DNA of 64,000 nucleotides from Octopus sinensis (taxonomy: Eukaryota). A program made the position numbers and the translations under genes. Below, piece by piece: positions 24,612 to 37,264 of the stretch. The notes under the pieces were generated by a model that saw nothing but the letters and a program-made list of their open reading frames with translations, did not search any database and had not been told where the DNA came from. The stretch is taken from the NCBI RefSeq assembly GCF_006345805.1, contig NW_021831846.1, forward strand, positions 62,001 through 126,000, given 5' to 3'. Positions within the stretch are counted from its first letter, which is position 1. The number at the start of each line of letters is the position of its first letter.

Positions 24612-24835
24612 GGTGGCCTGGTGGTTAAGTTTTGCATTCATGATAGCGAGATCATGGTTTTAATTCATGGACCAGTTGTGATGCATTGTACTCTTGAGCA
24701 AAACACTTCCGTGTTATTCCAGTCCACTCAGCTGCCAATGAGTTCCAACAATAAGCTGGGAAGCAAGTTCCCCAGCGAACCAGTGTCCTTTCCAGAGAAG
24801 AGCTGTACAATCTGGAAACTGGGTTAATCAAGTCT
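24612..24835 (+). mobile_element. Decayed tRNA-headed SINE, family F
   Basis: gtggcctggtggttaag...cttgagcaaaacacttc...cagtccactcagctg; related copies at ~30445-30650, 31345-31470 and 55950-56160. Confidence 0.65.
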
Positions 24836-25660
24836 GGCACTTATTCTTTCAGCCTGTATTGCTGACCTGTTATGGGGATGTAAACAAACCAGCACTGGTT
24901 GCCAAGCTTTGTGGGATGTTGACAAACAGTGACACACATATGTCTATGTATGTCTCTGTCTGCATACAGGAGGCTTCTGCACAGTTTCTATCTACCAAAT
25001 TCACTCAGAAGCATTGATCTGTCTGGAGATGGGGCTATAGTCTACTATAGCCTCAGACAGACACTTGCACAAACTGCCATGCAGTGGGACTGAACCTGAA
25101 ACCAAATGGTTCCATGGTGAGCTTCTTTATCTCATAGCCATACATGCAATGTTTAAAATAAAACAAATCAACTTTAAAAAAAATCTGCTTGATGACTAGC
25201 AAATACATTAGTTAAGTTGTGATTTGAATGGGATTAGGCTGCAGTTTCTAGCAGGTTGAGACTGCATAGAGCAGTGGTTCTCAACTGTGGCTCCCTGAGT
25301 TGCATGTGGCCCTCAAGTATCCTTCTGCCCAACCCCTCCCCATGGTCTTCCCTCTGTAAATTCTTTTGTCATTTGTCATGCTGGAGCACTGCCTTAAAGG
25401 GTTTTAGTTGAAGAAATCGACCCCAGGACTTATTCTTTGTAAGCCTAGTACTTATTGTAGTGGTCCATTTTGCTGAACCGCTAAGTTACGGGGACGTAAA
25501 CACACCAGCATCAATGGTCAAGCGATGTTGGTGGGGGGACAAATACAGACACACAAGCACAGTTTGCTGAACTGCTAAGTTACAGGGACATAAAACACAC
25601 CAGCATTGGTTGTCAAGTGAAGGCCTGATGGTTGGGACATATGCAAATATGTGTATGTAT

Positions 25661-26071
25661 ACTCTTTACTCTTTTACATGTTTCAGTCATTTGACTGCGG
25701 CCATGCTGGAGCACCGCCTTTAGTCGAGCAAATCAACCCCGGGACTTATTCTTTGTAAGCCCAGTACTTATTCTATCGGTCTCTTTTGCCGAACCGCTAA
25801 GTGACGGGGACGTAAACACACCAGCATCGGTTGTCAAGCAATGCTAGGGGTACAAACACAGACACACAAACACATACACATACATACACATATATATACA
25901 TATATACGACAGGCTTCTTTCAGTTTCCGTCTACCAAATCCACTCACAAGGCATTGGTCGGCCCGGGGCTATAGCAGAAGACACTTGCCCAAGGTGCCAC
26001 GCAGTGGGACTGAATCCGGAACCATGTGGTTGGTTAGCAAGCTACTTACCACACAGCCACTCCTGCGCCTA
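25661..26071 (-). mobile_element. SINE-A, young subfamily
   Basis: Full length; flanked by older partial copies (25370-25560, 26075-26218). Confidence 0.95.
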
Positions 26072-26992
26072 TGATGAGTTTCTTTCAATTTCTGTCTACC
26101 AAATCCACTCAAAAGGCTTTGGTTGGCCTAAGGCTACAGAAGACACTCACCCAAGGTGTCACAGTGAGACTGAACCTGGAACCAAGCTTCTTACCACACA
26201 GCCACTCCTGCGCCTATAAATTTTTTCCACTTGTTTCACTTAAAAGAAAAAATCCAGGTTTTGGATGTGGCCTGGATATTAAGAATGTTGAGCCCTGGAA
26301 TAAATGTTCCTGAATAGTTTGAATTTATGTGAAGGTTACAGATAAAGGTATTACCTTTGAGCAGACACTTTGAAATTACATCTCATCCAAGCAAGCATGG
26401 GGGAAAATGGATGTTAAATGATCGACTACTGTCCTACACCTGCTGAAAGTTGAGAATAAATCCATTTAGATTTGGCAAAGTACAAGGATACGGCTTTCTG
26501 GTGGTATTTAATATAAACAAGCAAAAGGTCCTCAGTTGTGCAAATGGGAAGTGCTGTTATTTATGAAATCAATGAAATTCTGATGTGCATTTGCACTGCT
26601 CGGAAGTTGCCAAAAATAATTGTAAAAATGGGCACCAATTCAAATCTAGTGAATTTGAGAAATGGTACTGATTCCGAACTATGGCTGGTAGTCCCTTTCA
26701 CCTGCCTTCTATTTGAGAAGGTTGAAGTTTGGTCAGACCTTTCAAAGAAGTTGTGAAAATTCTTTGGATAGGCAAAATGGTAAAGCTTCAGGAATTGCTT
26801 TTCCTAAGTTTTCATAAGCCCCTCCACTTTTTTAAATTTTTATTTAGTTTATCCTAAATGGCCATGCTTGTTTTCAGATATTTAGTTAACTCTGGTTTCA
26901 TGCATTCTGAGTAATATAAAACTTTCCTTTCATAAGTCCTAAATCACTCTGGTGCCCCGCTGCCAAAAAAAATTGGGAACGTGTATCAATTA

Positions 26993-27439
26993 CTAGCGGC
27001 ATTGCCCGGGTATGTAAGAGACCCTAGTAGGCAACAACTAATCCCAATCTAGTCCTTTCCCTCTAGGGAACGAAGGCGCATGTGTAGGTTGCAATGTCTT
27101 CTCTTCACTCGAATACTTCTATGTATACGATGTTCCTAGCTGTCCCTTTGGGCGAAAACATGAAAACATCATTGCGCCTCCCAACGCGTGAACAGCCCAC
27201 GAACAGTCCAGAAAATGTGTTGCATATAAAAAGCTTAGATTCTCGACCCCATGTCGAATTTATCGATTTTTTCAGAACTGGGGGAACTTTTCAAAATTTT
27301 CGCTGCGTTAGTTTTGAATTATGACATTGGGCTATGTGTGTGTCAAGTTTCATCAGAATCGGTTGAAAGCCGTGGTCAGGGTGAGGGTACAACCTAACAG
27401 ACACACAGACAGACAAACTGCCGTTTATATAGAGAGAGA
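26993..27439 (-). mobile_element. Non-autonomous Helitron (family H2)
   Basis: Minus strand a|TCTCTCTCTATATAAACGGCAG-(tctg)n...cccgggcaatgccgCTAG|t gives TC...CTAG termini at an A|T site with no TSD. Confidence 0.75.
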
Positions 27440-27819
27440 TGATGCATGGAAATATGTCCTGTGTATCATGTGATACCTATGGCAGGCAAAGAGTTAACTG
27501 GACTTTAACAATGTTTCCAGTTAATTCCTTGCTTAATAACTGGCAAAGTATCAGCGTTCTCGATGCGGGTCAGGGAGTTCAGTTGTCATTGATTGATCTC
27601 AAAAAGATGTCAAGACTGAAACAAAGTGGGTGTTTGTCTGAAAACAAAAATGTCAGGTTTTTTGTCACTAGGGATTTCTCTGCTGAACTGTGCTGATTAC
27701 TGGGCACTGTAGTTGTGATCCTTAGTTCTGTTGTAACTGTTCTCAACCATTTTTGCCTACCATGGGCCAGTTTCATACAGGACAATTTTTTTATGAACTG
27801 GGGAGGGGTCATGCCGGTA

Positions 27820-28255
27820 TCATCATCGTTTAACGTCCGTTCTCCATGCTAGCATGGGTTGGACGGTTCGACCGGGGATCTGGGAAGCCAGAAGGCTGCA
27901 CCAGGCTCCAGTCTTATCTGGCAATGTTTCTACAGCTGGATGCCCTTCCTAACGCCAACCACTCCGTGAGTGTAGTGGGTGCTTTTTACGTGCCACCTGC
28001 ACAGGTGCGAGGCTGGCAACGGCCATGGTCGAATTGGTGTATTTTATGTGCCACCGGCACGGAAGCCAGTCGAGGCGGCGCTGGCATCGGCCACGAGTCG
28101 GATAGTGCTTTTTACGTACCACCAAACCAGGGATCCTGGCTGGTTCGATTTCGATTTCCCCAACATGTCTTCGCAAGCAAAGGGGGTTGGCATGGGTGCC
28201 TGTCGTACGGTCGGATTGGTGTATTTTATGTGCCACCGGCACGGAAGCCAGTGGA
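27820..28255 (-). mobile_element. SINE-C, same subfamily as 17075-17415
   Basis: Shares accagccagggatccctggt..gtacgtaaaaagcactatccgactcgtggccgatgcc with the 17-kb copy. Confidence 0.9.
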
Positions 28256-29249
28256 GGTCTATTTGCATATTTAATGCAAAAACACCTTGCAGAATGCGAT
28301 AGTCAATAAACCAGAAATAAAAATTAAAGATCAATTTTTACATGGCTTAGTACCAAATGATCTACAGCCTGGTGTTTGGGGCCCCTTGCTCTATTGTATG
28401 CTCTCAGAACAAGCCATTGTTTACCATTTGTTTGTTTCAGTCAATAGACAGTGCCCATGTTGGGGCACCGCCTTGAATTTTTAGTTGAATGAATCGACCC
28501 CACTACTTTTTTAAAGCCTGGTACTTATTCTGTTGGTTTCTCTTGCTGAACCACTAAGTTATAGGGACGTAAACAAATCAAGACCAGATGTCAAATAGTG
28601 GCAAGAGACACACATGACCAGTTTCTTTGCTTCCATCTACCAAATCCACTTGTAGGGCTTTGGTCAGCTCAAGGCTATAATAGACACTTGCCCAAGGTAC
28701 CATGCAATGGGACTGAACCATATGGTTGGGAAGCAAACTTCTTACCACACAGCCAAATTTCGGGAACGAGGGTGCGAATTTCAAAAAGGTTGATCCCATG
28801 GTCTGACTGAATGAGAGCCAGAACTTAGATAACAACAAAACAACTGGTGCACTGAGTGAATGCACAACAGCCTACTTTGAAAGAACTTGTGGTTGACCAG
28901 CTGAAAGGTTCATTGAAGTTTGAATGAGGGTGTGGCTGTTTTCTACTTTGTGTGTGTACATAGGTGGAAACCCATTTGCATAATGTGTCATTTGTATTCC
29001 TGCTGTGTGTGATTTATAACCAATCTTCTACTGGTACTTATCTATAACCCACACTGTCCTCTAGCAACCTGATCTGTTTCTTGTCAGGTTTGTTTCTGCA
29101 CCACACAGCATTCAAAACCTCCTGTTGGTCTTTTGTATCTACTTCAGTGACTAATTTTACCTCTTACTTACACTGTTCTTGTCGCTAACCACTGACCTCC
29201 CCCCACCTCAATTCCCATATATTTCATAAGCATTTATGTAGTCTTACTT

Positions 29250-29651
29250 ACTCTCTCTTTTACTCTTTTCAGTCATTTGACTGCGGCCATGCTGGAGCAC
29301 CGCCTTTAGTCGAGCAAATCGACCCCGGGACTTATTCTTTGTAAGCCCAGTACTTATTCTATCGGTCTCTTTTGCCGAACCGCTAAGTGACGGGGACGTA
29401 AACACACCAGCATCGGTTGTCAGGCAATGCTAGGGGGACAAACAGACACACAAACATATACACACACACACACACTTATACATATATACGACAGGCTTCT
29501 TTCAGTTTCCGTCTACCAAATCCACTCACAAAGCATTGGTCGGCCCGGGGCTATAGCAGAAGACACTTGCCCAAGATGCCACGCAGTGTGACTGAACCCG
29601 GAACCATGTGGTTGGTTAGCAAGCTACTTACCACACAGCCACTCCTGCGCC
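29250..29651 (-). mobile_element. SINE-A, young subfamily
   Basis: Full-length match to the family consensus. Confidence 0.95.
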
Positions 29652-30139
29652 TTGGTCATAGTTTTGTATTTCAATCCTATTTTGAAGATGCACTTGTTAA
29701 CTGATATCTGTTTTATCTTTTTGCTCGGACTATGGTCATGTTGGAGCACCACTTTGAAAGCTTTAGTTGAATTGACTTCCAGTACTTTTTCTCCTTTTTT
29801 TGTAAAGTCTGGCACTGATTTTATTGTTTCATTTACCAAACTGCTGAGTTATAGGGATGTAAACATAGCAACACTGGTTGTGAAACAGTGGTAAGGGACA
29901 GAAGCAGGCTTGTTTTAGTTTCTGTCTGCCAAATCCACTCACCAGGCATTGTTCAACCTGGAGTTATAGTAGTCACTTGCCCAAGGTGCTACACAGTGGG
30001 ACTTGGAACCTAAGACCACATGGTTGGAAAGCAAGCTTCTTACCTGCATTACTATGCAAATATATTATATGTTATATTTTATAATTTGTGATTATTCACT
30101 AGTCTTATCAATTGCAGAAATATTTGTAACAGATATACC

Positions 30140-30374
30140 TATTTCTTTACTGCCCACAAGGGGCTAAACACAGAGAGGACAAACAAGGAGAGACAAACGG
30201 ATTAAGTCTATTATATCGACCCCAGTGCGTAACTGGTACTTATTTAATCGACCCCGAAAATTTGAAAAGCAAAGTCGACCTCGGCAGAATTTGAACTCAG
30301 AAGGTAGCGGCAGGCGAAATACTGCTAAGCATTTCGCCTGGCGTGCTAACGTTTCTGCCAGCTCACCGTCGCTA
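30140..30374 (-). mobile_element. SINE-B, full length with 13-bp TSD
   Basis: TSD TAACAGATATACC at 30127-30139 and 30375-30387. Confidence 0.92.
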
Positions 30375-30699
30375 TAACAGATATACCAACTTCATACTAA
30401 TCTCTCATAGTGTGTGTACATGTGCACTCATATATGTGAAGGTGCATGACCTAATGGTTGTGTGTGTTGCACTCACGATGGTGAGTTGAAATCTTGGACC
30501 AGTTGCACACTGTGCTCTTGACCAAAACACTTCATTTCACATTACTCTTGTCCACTTAGCTCTAAATGAGTAACCATCCTGTGATGAACTAACCCTCTGA
30601 TCAGGTGGGGGGGGGGATGTTGGCTTGCTTGCCTAGCCTGTAGGCTGGTATCATTCATATTGCCACACACACACACACATATATATATGGTAATATGCC

Positions 30700-31105
30700 A
30701 TACTTGAGAAGACCTGTCAAGCTGAGTGAAATTTTAGTTATGGCCAATGCAAGGTTGTGTAACTGGCACACGTGCCATTGGTGTGTAAAAGGCACTGTTC
30801 AAATGTAGGGCCTCATGGAGGCAGCAACAAGTGATTGAGACCTTTGGTGATATTCTGTGCTCGAGAAGATCTGTCAAGCCAAGTGAGATCATAGCCGTGG
30901 CCTGTGCCGGTGCTGCATAACTGGCACCTGTGCTAGTGGCATGTAAAAAGCATCCATTATACTCTTGGAGTGGTTGGCATTAGGAAGGGTATCCAGTGGT
31001 TAGAAACCATGCAAAATCAGACTGGAACATGGTGCAGCTTACCAGTTTTCAGTCAGTGTCCAACCCATGCCTGCATGGAAAATGGACGTTATATGCAGAC
31101 AATGA
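30700..31105 (+). mobile_element. Decayed SINE-C
   Basis: cttgagaagacctgtcaag...ggagtggttggcattaggaagggtatcc...catggaaaatggacgtt. Confidence 0.75.
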
Positions 31106-31575
31106 TGATATCTGTACAATGGTCTTCTTTCAGTTTCTGCCTACCAAATCCACTCACAAAGGCTTTGGTTTTCTCAAGGTGTCACAGTAGGACTGAACCC
31201 GGAACCATGTGATTGGGAAGTAAGCTTCTTACCACACAGCCACACTTGTGATTATTTTCATAAATATTCTCTTTTACCCGAAATACTGTATAGCGATATT
31301 ACTATTGCTTATCCCTTATTTTTATACATCATGCCGTTGTGCCAGTAAAAGTGCATGACCTGGTGGTTGGGGTGTTGCACTCGTGATCACATGGTCATGG
31401 TTTCGATTCCTGGACTGGGCAGTGTGTTGTGTTCTTGAGCAAAACACTTCATTTCACATTGCTTCTGCCCCCTACATGAATGTTTTCCTTTTTACTTTCA
31501 TCAATCTCACAAGGCACCTTTGCATAAAACAATGAAACATTTTTGCACCAATTGTTTTAGACCCACCTGCAATGG

Positions 31576-31711
31576 GCTGGTGTTCCATTCAGCTGGTATT
31601 CCATTCAGCTGGTATTCCATTCAGCTGGTATTCCATTCAGCTGGTATTCCATTCAGCTGGTATTCCATTCAGCTGGTATTCCATTCAGCTGGTATTCCAT
31701 TCAGCTGGTAT
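31576..31711. repeat. 16-bp minisatellite x8.5 (gctggtattccattca)
   Basis: Seven identical units plus one variant first unit and a half unit. Confidence 0.95.
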
Positions 31712-31771
31712 ATTGCGATCTTGGTCACTTGGAAACTGGGTAACTGACTCTGAGTACCGGGACTAAAGATA

Positions 31772-31989
31772 TAAAGGCAGCGAGCTGGCAGAAATGTTAG
31801 CAAGGTGGGCGAAATGCTTAGTTACGTTCTGTGTTCAAATTCTACTGAGGTCGTCTTTACCTTTCATCCTTTCGGGGTCGATAAATTAAGTACCAGTTAC
31901 GCACTGGGGTTGATATAATCGACTTAATCCATTCGTCTGTCCTTGTTTGTCCTCTCTGTGTTTAGCCCCTTGTGGGTAGTAAAGAAATA
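31772..31989 (+). mobile_element. SINE-B, full length with 12-bp TSD
   Basis: TSD GGACTAAAGATA at 31760-31771 and 31990-32001. Confidence 0.9.
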
Positions 31990-32479
31990 GGACTAAAGAT
32001 AGTGATGGATGTGACTGTCATTGTTAAATTTGCTTCAGTTTTTTGTGCATTCCCAAACGCATTGCAACCAGGGAGAATACAGCGCTCCTCTTCATTTAGT
32101 TTTTACCTTTATTACAGTTTAGTTTCACATATGTTGTTCAAGTGATTGCTGATGCATGAAGAAGCTATACTTACTAAATAAAACTTGTCATTCATGTGTT
32201 TAGGTTCCATAATGACCTTGACCAAGTTAACCTACGATATCAGCTGTTCAGTTATTTTTTTTTTCCCATGCTGGATTTTGTGGGTGGATGACCCTTCACA
32301 TTGCCCCTTTGTCTCAAGCAAGATTGATTTGCTCAAGCAGTGGTAAGCCTGGAATGTGACTCCCCTCCCATACACACACACACACACTGCTTCCTAACCA
32401 TGTTCAGTAGATTACGATTTGAGAGGAATTAGGCTGCTATTTCTCACAAGTTGATCTTGTATAGAACAGCAATTCTTGG

Positions 32480-32872
32480 AGAGCTGGCAGAAAAGTTAGC
32501 ACGCCGGGCAAAATGCTTAGAGGTATTTCATCTGCCGCTACATTCTGAGTTCAAATTCTGCCATGGTCGACTTTGCCTTTCATCCTTTCGGGGTCTATTA
32601 AATAAGTACCAGCTATGCACTGGGGTCGATATAATCAACTTAATCCATTTGTCTGTCCTTGTTTGTCCTCTCTGTGTTTAGCCCCTTGTGGGTAGTAAAG
32701 AAATAGGTATTTCATCTGCCGTTATGTTCTGAGTTCAAATTCCACCGAGGTCGACTTTGCCTTTCATCCTTTCGGGATCAATAAATTAAGTACCCGTAAT
32801 CGACTTAATCCCTTTGTCTGTCTGTCCTTGTTTGTCCCCTCTGTTTAGCCCCTTGTGGGCAATAAAGAAATA
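32480..32872 (+). mobile_element. SINE-B head-to-tail dimer within one TSD pair
   Basis: Unit 1 ends aaagaaata and restarts at internal ggtatttcatctgccg; 17-bp TSD AGAACAGCAATTCTTGG at 32463-32479 and 32873-32889. Confidence 0.9.
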
Positions 32873-33982
32873 AGAACAGCAATTCTTGGCTCTGCCTCTC
32901 AAGTATCTTTCTGGCAGCCCCTGCTAGTTTTCCCTCTGTACATAAATTTATGCCTCAACAATAATATGCCTCAACAGACTCTGTATGCATGCAAGCATAA
33001 AGTATGGATGTTCAAGGTCTCTCTTTCTCTCCCTCACTCTCTTGCTTGCTCTCTCACTTCATGGACTTCCTGTAGTTTATCAAATTCCCTTGTGTGACAT
33101 TAGTCAACCTGGGGCTATTGTTGACTCTTACCTATGGTGGGACACCATGTAACCAGACCTGAAATCCAGTCTTAATCATGCAGCAATACTTGTACCAATA
33201 TTGTGTATCTAACGATATATTAGCAAAGGTCTTTAAAAGATAGTTGTGAGATTTGACTGCTACTTTGTGCAAGTTGAACAACCTTGTTCAAGCTGTTTGT
33301 TGCTCTGTCTGCCTGTTGGATATTTGACCCATATATGGCTGATTTTAAATGCTTAACTTTTTAGCATTCAGATTACTCTATCAAATGTAAAACTTATCTA
33401 CATTGTTTTGATTTAAATATACATTATCCTGGAGTTTTGCGATATCAATGATGTGATTGTTTTTAGAATGATGTAAGGTTGGTGTGAAAAGCTGGATCTG
33501 GCTGGAATTGAACATGAAACAAGTGGAATATTTTGGCTGGATTTGGCCAGTTTCAAAGCCAAGGAGTTAAGGTAGATTTTTGGTTGCTATTTCTAGCTAC
33601 TCGAATGCCTGCTTACATTGTCTTGCTAAGCTCATATGAATTGAGATTGTATTTGTCAAATCAAGCAGACTAAGTCCAACAGCTTTGCTCCAATGAACAA
33701 TAGTAATCGCTGGTAAGGTTAGAACTCTTAGTCATGTGTTCAATAGTCCAGTATTTGGACCTCACTGCTATTATTCCTCGTCATGATTAAAAATACAGAA
33801 AATCAAAATAGTGATATGTAAGAAGATAAATTATCATTCCATTGATAAATTCTTTATCTTAATTAGAAAATGAATTGTTCTCTCGTTGGGTTATTTTTGG
33901 AACCTTGCAGGATTATTTCCTATCAACATACAAGAAGTTCACTTTGAACAAAGCGAGTAATTACAATTATTGAATGGTGATT

Positions 33983-34385
33983 GAATTGGATGCTAGAATT
34001 GCAGGTGCTGGTGCAGTTATGTATCAGCTTCAGCATTTGGTCTGCAGAAGAGGAGAGATTGGTCAAAACACCAAACTCACTATCTTCAATTCAGTTTCTC
34101 TGTATATTCAGAGTTATGGTAACGAAAGAATATGATTCAAGTGGCTGAAATGGGGGTTTCTTCTGAAGGACCCTTGAAGTAATGGTACATGAGAGGGTGC
34201 ATAGCTTGGAGATTGGGGGAGGCTCTTTAGGTTGAGCCAATATTTCTCTGCATTGATAGGTTACAGCTCTGGTACTGTAGACGTGTGGTTAGAATCGCAA
34301 GAAAATCAGTCGCAAGACACTCAAGTTGAACCAACTGGTAGATTGAGGGGTGGACCAAGAATGAGATAGTTGAGGGGTGGACCAA
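33983..34385 (+). pseudogene. RTE-clade (Rex3/Expander-like) LINE ORF remnant, region C-terminal to RT
   Basis: ELDARIAGAGAVMYQLQHLV...TKLTIFNSV...IQVAEMG...RVEPIFLCIDRLQLW...PTGRLRGGPRMR, with frameshifts. Confidence 0.7.
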
Positions 34386-35485
34386 GTCCAGTCAAAATAT
34401 CCTACTTGTTTTGTGTTCAAACCAACCAGATCCAGCTTTTCACACCAACCTTACAACATTGTAAAAATAGACCTAATTGAAATCTCAAAACTCCAATATA
34501 ATGAGGGGACGGACCAAGGATGAGGTAATACTCATACTACCATCTGGTCATGCTTGTGGATGTAGCAGGGAAGTTTAATGATGGTTGTTTCTGATAGATC
34601 CTTATAGCAAGAAGTGCTTCAGGACTCTACATCCATGACCCACCCAGGAGTAGTGGGCAACGAGAATGGTTGGTTTGCTGTGGCATTTTTTTCTGACTTA
34701 GAATGATCCAACTTAGTAATGGTGAACTTGTAGTTTAAGTATGCACTAGTACGCCTAAGCTGGTTCACTGTTATTTTATTATCCAGAAATAAGGTGGAGT
34801 GAAAAAACAGTTTGCAATCTTGTGATTGTGGTTTTGATCCTTACAGCACGGCATTTTGGCCATATCTTCTACCCAATCTTTAGGTTGGCCCCCAACCTCC
34901 TTCCAATTCTTCTGAATGAAATTAGGTGGATGCAAATCAGGAAAAAGCCTGTTGAAAGGGTTGTTCCTGTTGTTGAGTGGTACTCAATCTGTCACTCTGG
35001 GTTAAGCACAAGGACCTTACTCTGTGGGGTCCTTTTATGGAGTCCTCTGTTGCTGCCAGTGTTTAGACCTGGTTTGAGGATAGCCCACAAGTTGGGGTTT
35101 ATTTCTCCCTTTGCCCTGTAGTCATGGTCACTTTGCTAAAGGCTTTGGACATTGTTCTCCTCATCTCAATAAGCTATCTTTTTATTGCTAACATGTTTGT
35201 CATTAGATTGTGGCCATGCTGGGGTACCACCTTGAAGGGTTTACTTGTCACACACACATACATATCATTTTAATGCCCATAGTCCATGCTGGCATAGGTC
35301 AGATTCTACATTCATATTTGTAACTAGCTTCCATGCAGTTTCCATCTATCATATTCATTTCTTAAGGCATTGGTTGGTGTGGGGCCTATAGTAGAAGACA
35401 CTTGCCCAGATTACTGTGCCATGGGACTGAACCCAAAACCATGTGGTTGCAGAGCAAGCTTCTTAACCACTTGCACTAATAATCT

Positions 35486-35700
35486 TTTGTGCTTTAGGCA
35501 GAAGGCCTGAAATTTTGGGTGGAGAGGGCCAGTTGATTAGATTGACCCCAGTACACAACTGGTACTTTATCAACCCCAAAAAGATGAAAGGCAAAGTCGA
35601 CCTTGGCTGAATTTGAACTCAGAACGTAAACACAGACGAAATACCACTAAGCATTTCGCCTGGCGTGCTAACGTTTCCGCTAGCTTGCCGCCTTATTACC
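35486..35700 (-). mobile_element. SINE-B variant with different 3' end
   Basis: Flanked by TGCACTAATAAT direct repeats (35474-35485 / 35701-35712); similar decayed copies at ~36495-36685 and 56640-56850. Confidence 0.75.
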
Positions 35701-36045
35701 TGCACTAATAATAACAAAAAAAATCCATATTGCTAACATGGTTCAATTCTTTTATTTGTTTGTTTACTTTGGTCTTGGTTAGTTGTAATTAACATTGATG
35801 TGACCTATATTCAGTGTAGTTGAAGTTAACTAGTAAATTATATAGGTATAAACAGCAGGGATTACATTGATCTCAGTTAAGGTGTCGATTCAAAACATGT
35901 GCAGGGACAGAATTCAATGCCATAGGGTCCTGGGACTGAACCCAGAATCATACAACTGGGAACCAATCTGCTTACAGTTACACGTGCACCTGTTTATATA
36001 AAAACCTTAATTCATACTCAGGATTTTGCTAGTAAATTAACCATT

Positions 36046-36262
36046 ACTCTCTTTTTACTCTCTCTTTTACTTGTTTCAGTCATTTGACTGCGGCCATGCT
36101 GGAGCACCGCCTTTAGTCGAGCAAATCGACCCCGGGACTTATTCTTTGTAAGCCCAGTACTTATTCTATCGGTCTCTTTTGCCGAACCGCTAAGTGACGG
36201 GGACGTAAACACACCAGCATCGGTTATCAAGCAATGCTAGGGGGACAAACACAGACACACAA

Positions 36263-36295
<33 letters not shown>

Positions 36296-36469
36296 CACAT
36301 ACATATATACGACAGGCTTCTCTCAGTTTCCATCTACCAAATCCACTCACAAGGCATTGGTCGGCCCGGGGCTATAGCAGAAGACACTTGCCCAAGATGC
36401 CACGCAGTGGGACTGAACCCAGAACCATGCGATTGGTTAGCAAGCTACTTACCACACAGCCACTCCTGC
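36046..36469 (-). mobile_element. SINE-A, young subfamily
   Basis: Full-length match to the family consensus. Confidence 0.95.
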
Positions 36470-36881
36470 AACTATGAACAAAATATTCGTTTTAAATTCT
36501 GGTACAAGGCCAGCAATTTTAGTGATCGTGGTAAGTTGATTATATCAACCACAGTGCTCTGCTTGTACTTAGTTTATCAACCCACAAAAGGATGAAAGGC
36601 AAAGTTGACCTTGGAATTTGAACTTAGAACATTAAAGATGGATGAAATGCCATGGCTGGAGTGTTAAAAATTCTACCAGCTTGTTGCCTTATAATACATG
36701 CATATTACTTATGCAAAAACACCCGGCAGACTGTAGATAGTCAATATAATAAATTTTAAAATTTCTTTGTGGTTCGATGGTTGGAGACCCCTGCATTTGA
36801 AGACAGTGAATCTGTTTATTTTTTCTACTTAAAACTGTTGCTTCAAAATTTGGCCATTTGAAAGCAAAGTATCATGGCCAT

Positions 36882-37254
36882 CATCATCTTCATTGTTCGA
36901 CCGTGGTCGAGACAATGGAATTTACCATGCTACACCAGACTTCACGGTCCATCATGGCATTACGGAGGTCCTGTTGCTGGATGCCTGTATCTCTGGAGAT
37001 TACATTAGGGTAGGAGAGTGTGCGCCCTCTGGTATTGCGAGTAGATGGCTTCCAGAGGAGAAGAGTATAAATTACCTCTTTTTTAGCTCTACAACAATGT
37101 CCAGCAAACTGGACTCACCTACCTTTCACAAGAGATGACACAGGTGGTAGTTTCCCATATATTTGTACTTTGGTTGGATGACGCTTCCACAAGAGATTTT
37201 GAGCTCTCATAAGGAGGCGAGTGTAGGTTCCATCCAACTGCCTCTCAAGCTTCT
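36882..37254 (-). pseudogene. RTE-X-like LINE, 5'-truncated 3' end
   Basis: Minus frame KKLERQLDGTYTRLLMRAQNLLWKRHPTKVQIYGKLPPVSSLVKGR*VQFAGHCCR...LLLWKP...RGRTLSYPNVISRDTG...LRNAMMDREVW...VEQ* (one internal stop), a short (GAT)n tail, and 7-bp TSD TGGCCAT (36875-36881 / 37255-37261). Confidence 0.85.
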
Positions 37255-37264
37255 TGGCCATAGA

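Noticed and set aside
1726-34937. Multiple ATGCAAAT octamers as snRNA-gene enhancers
   Set aside because: The count is compatible with chance in AT-rich DNA, and no snRNA sequence is recognisable nearby.
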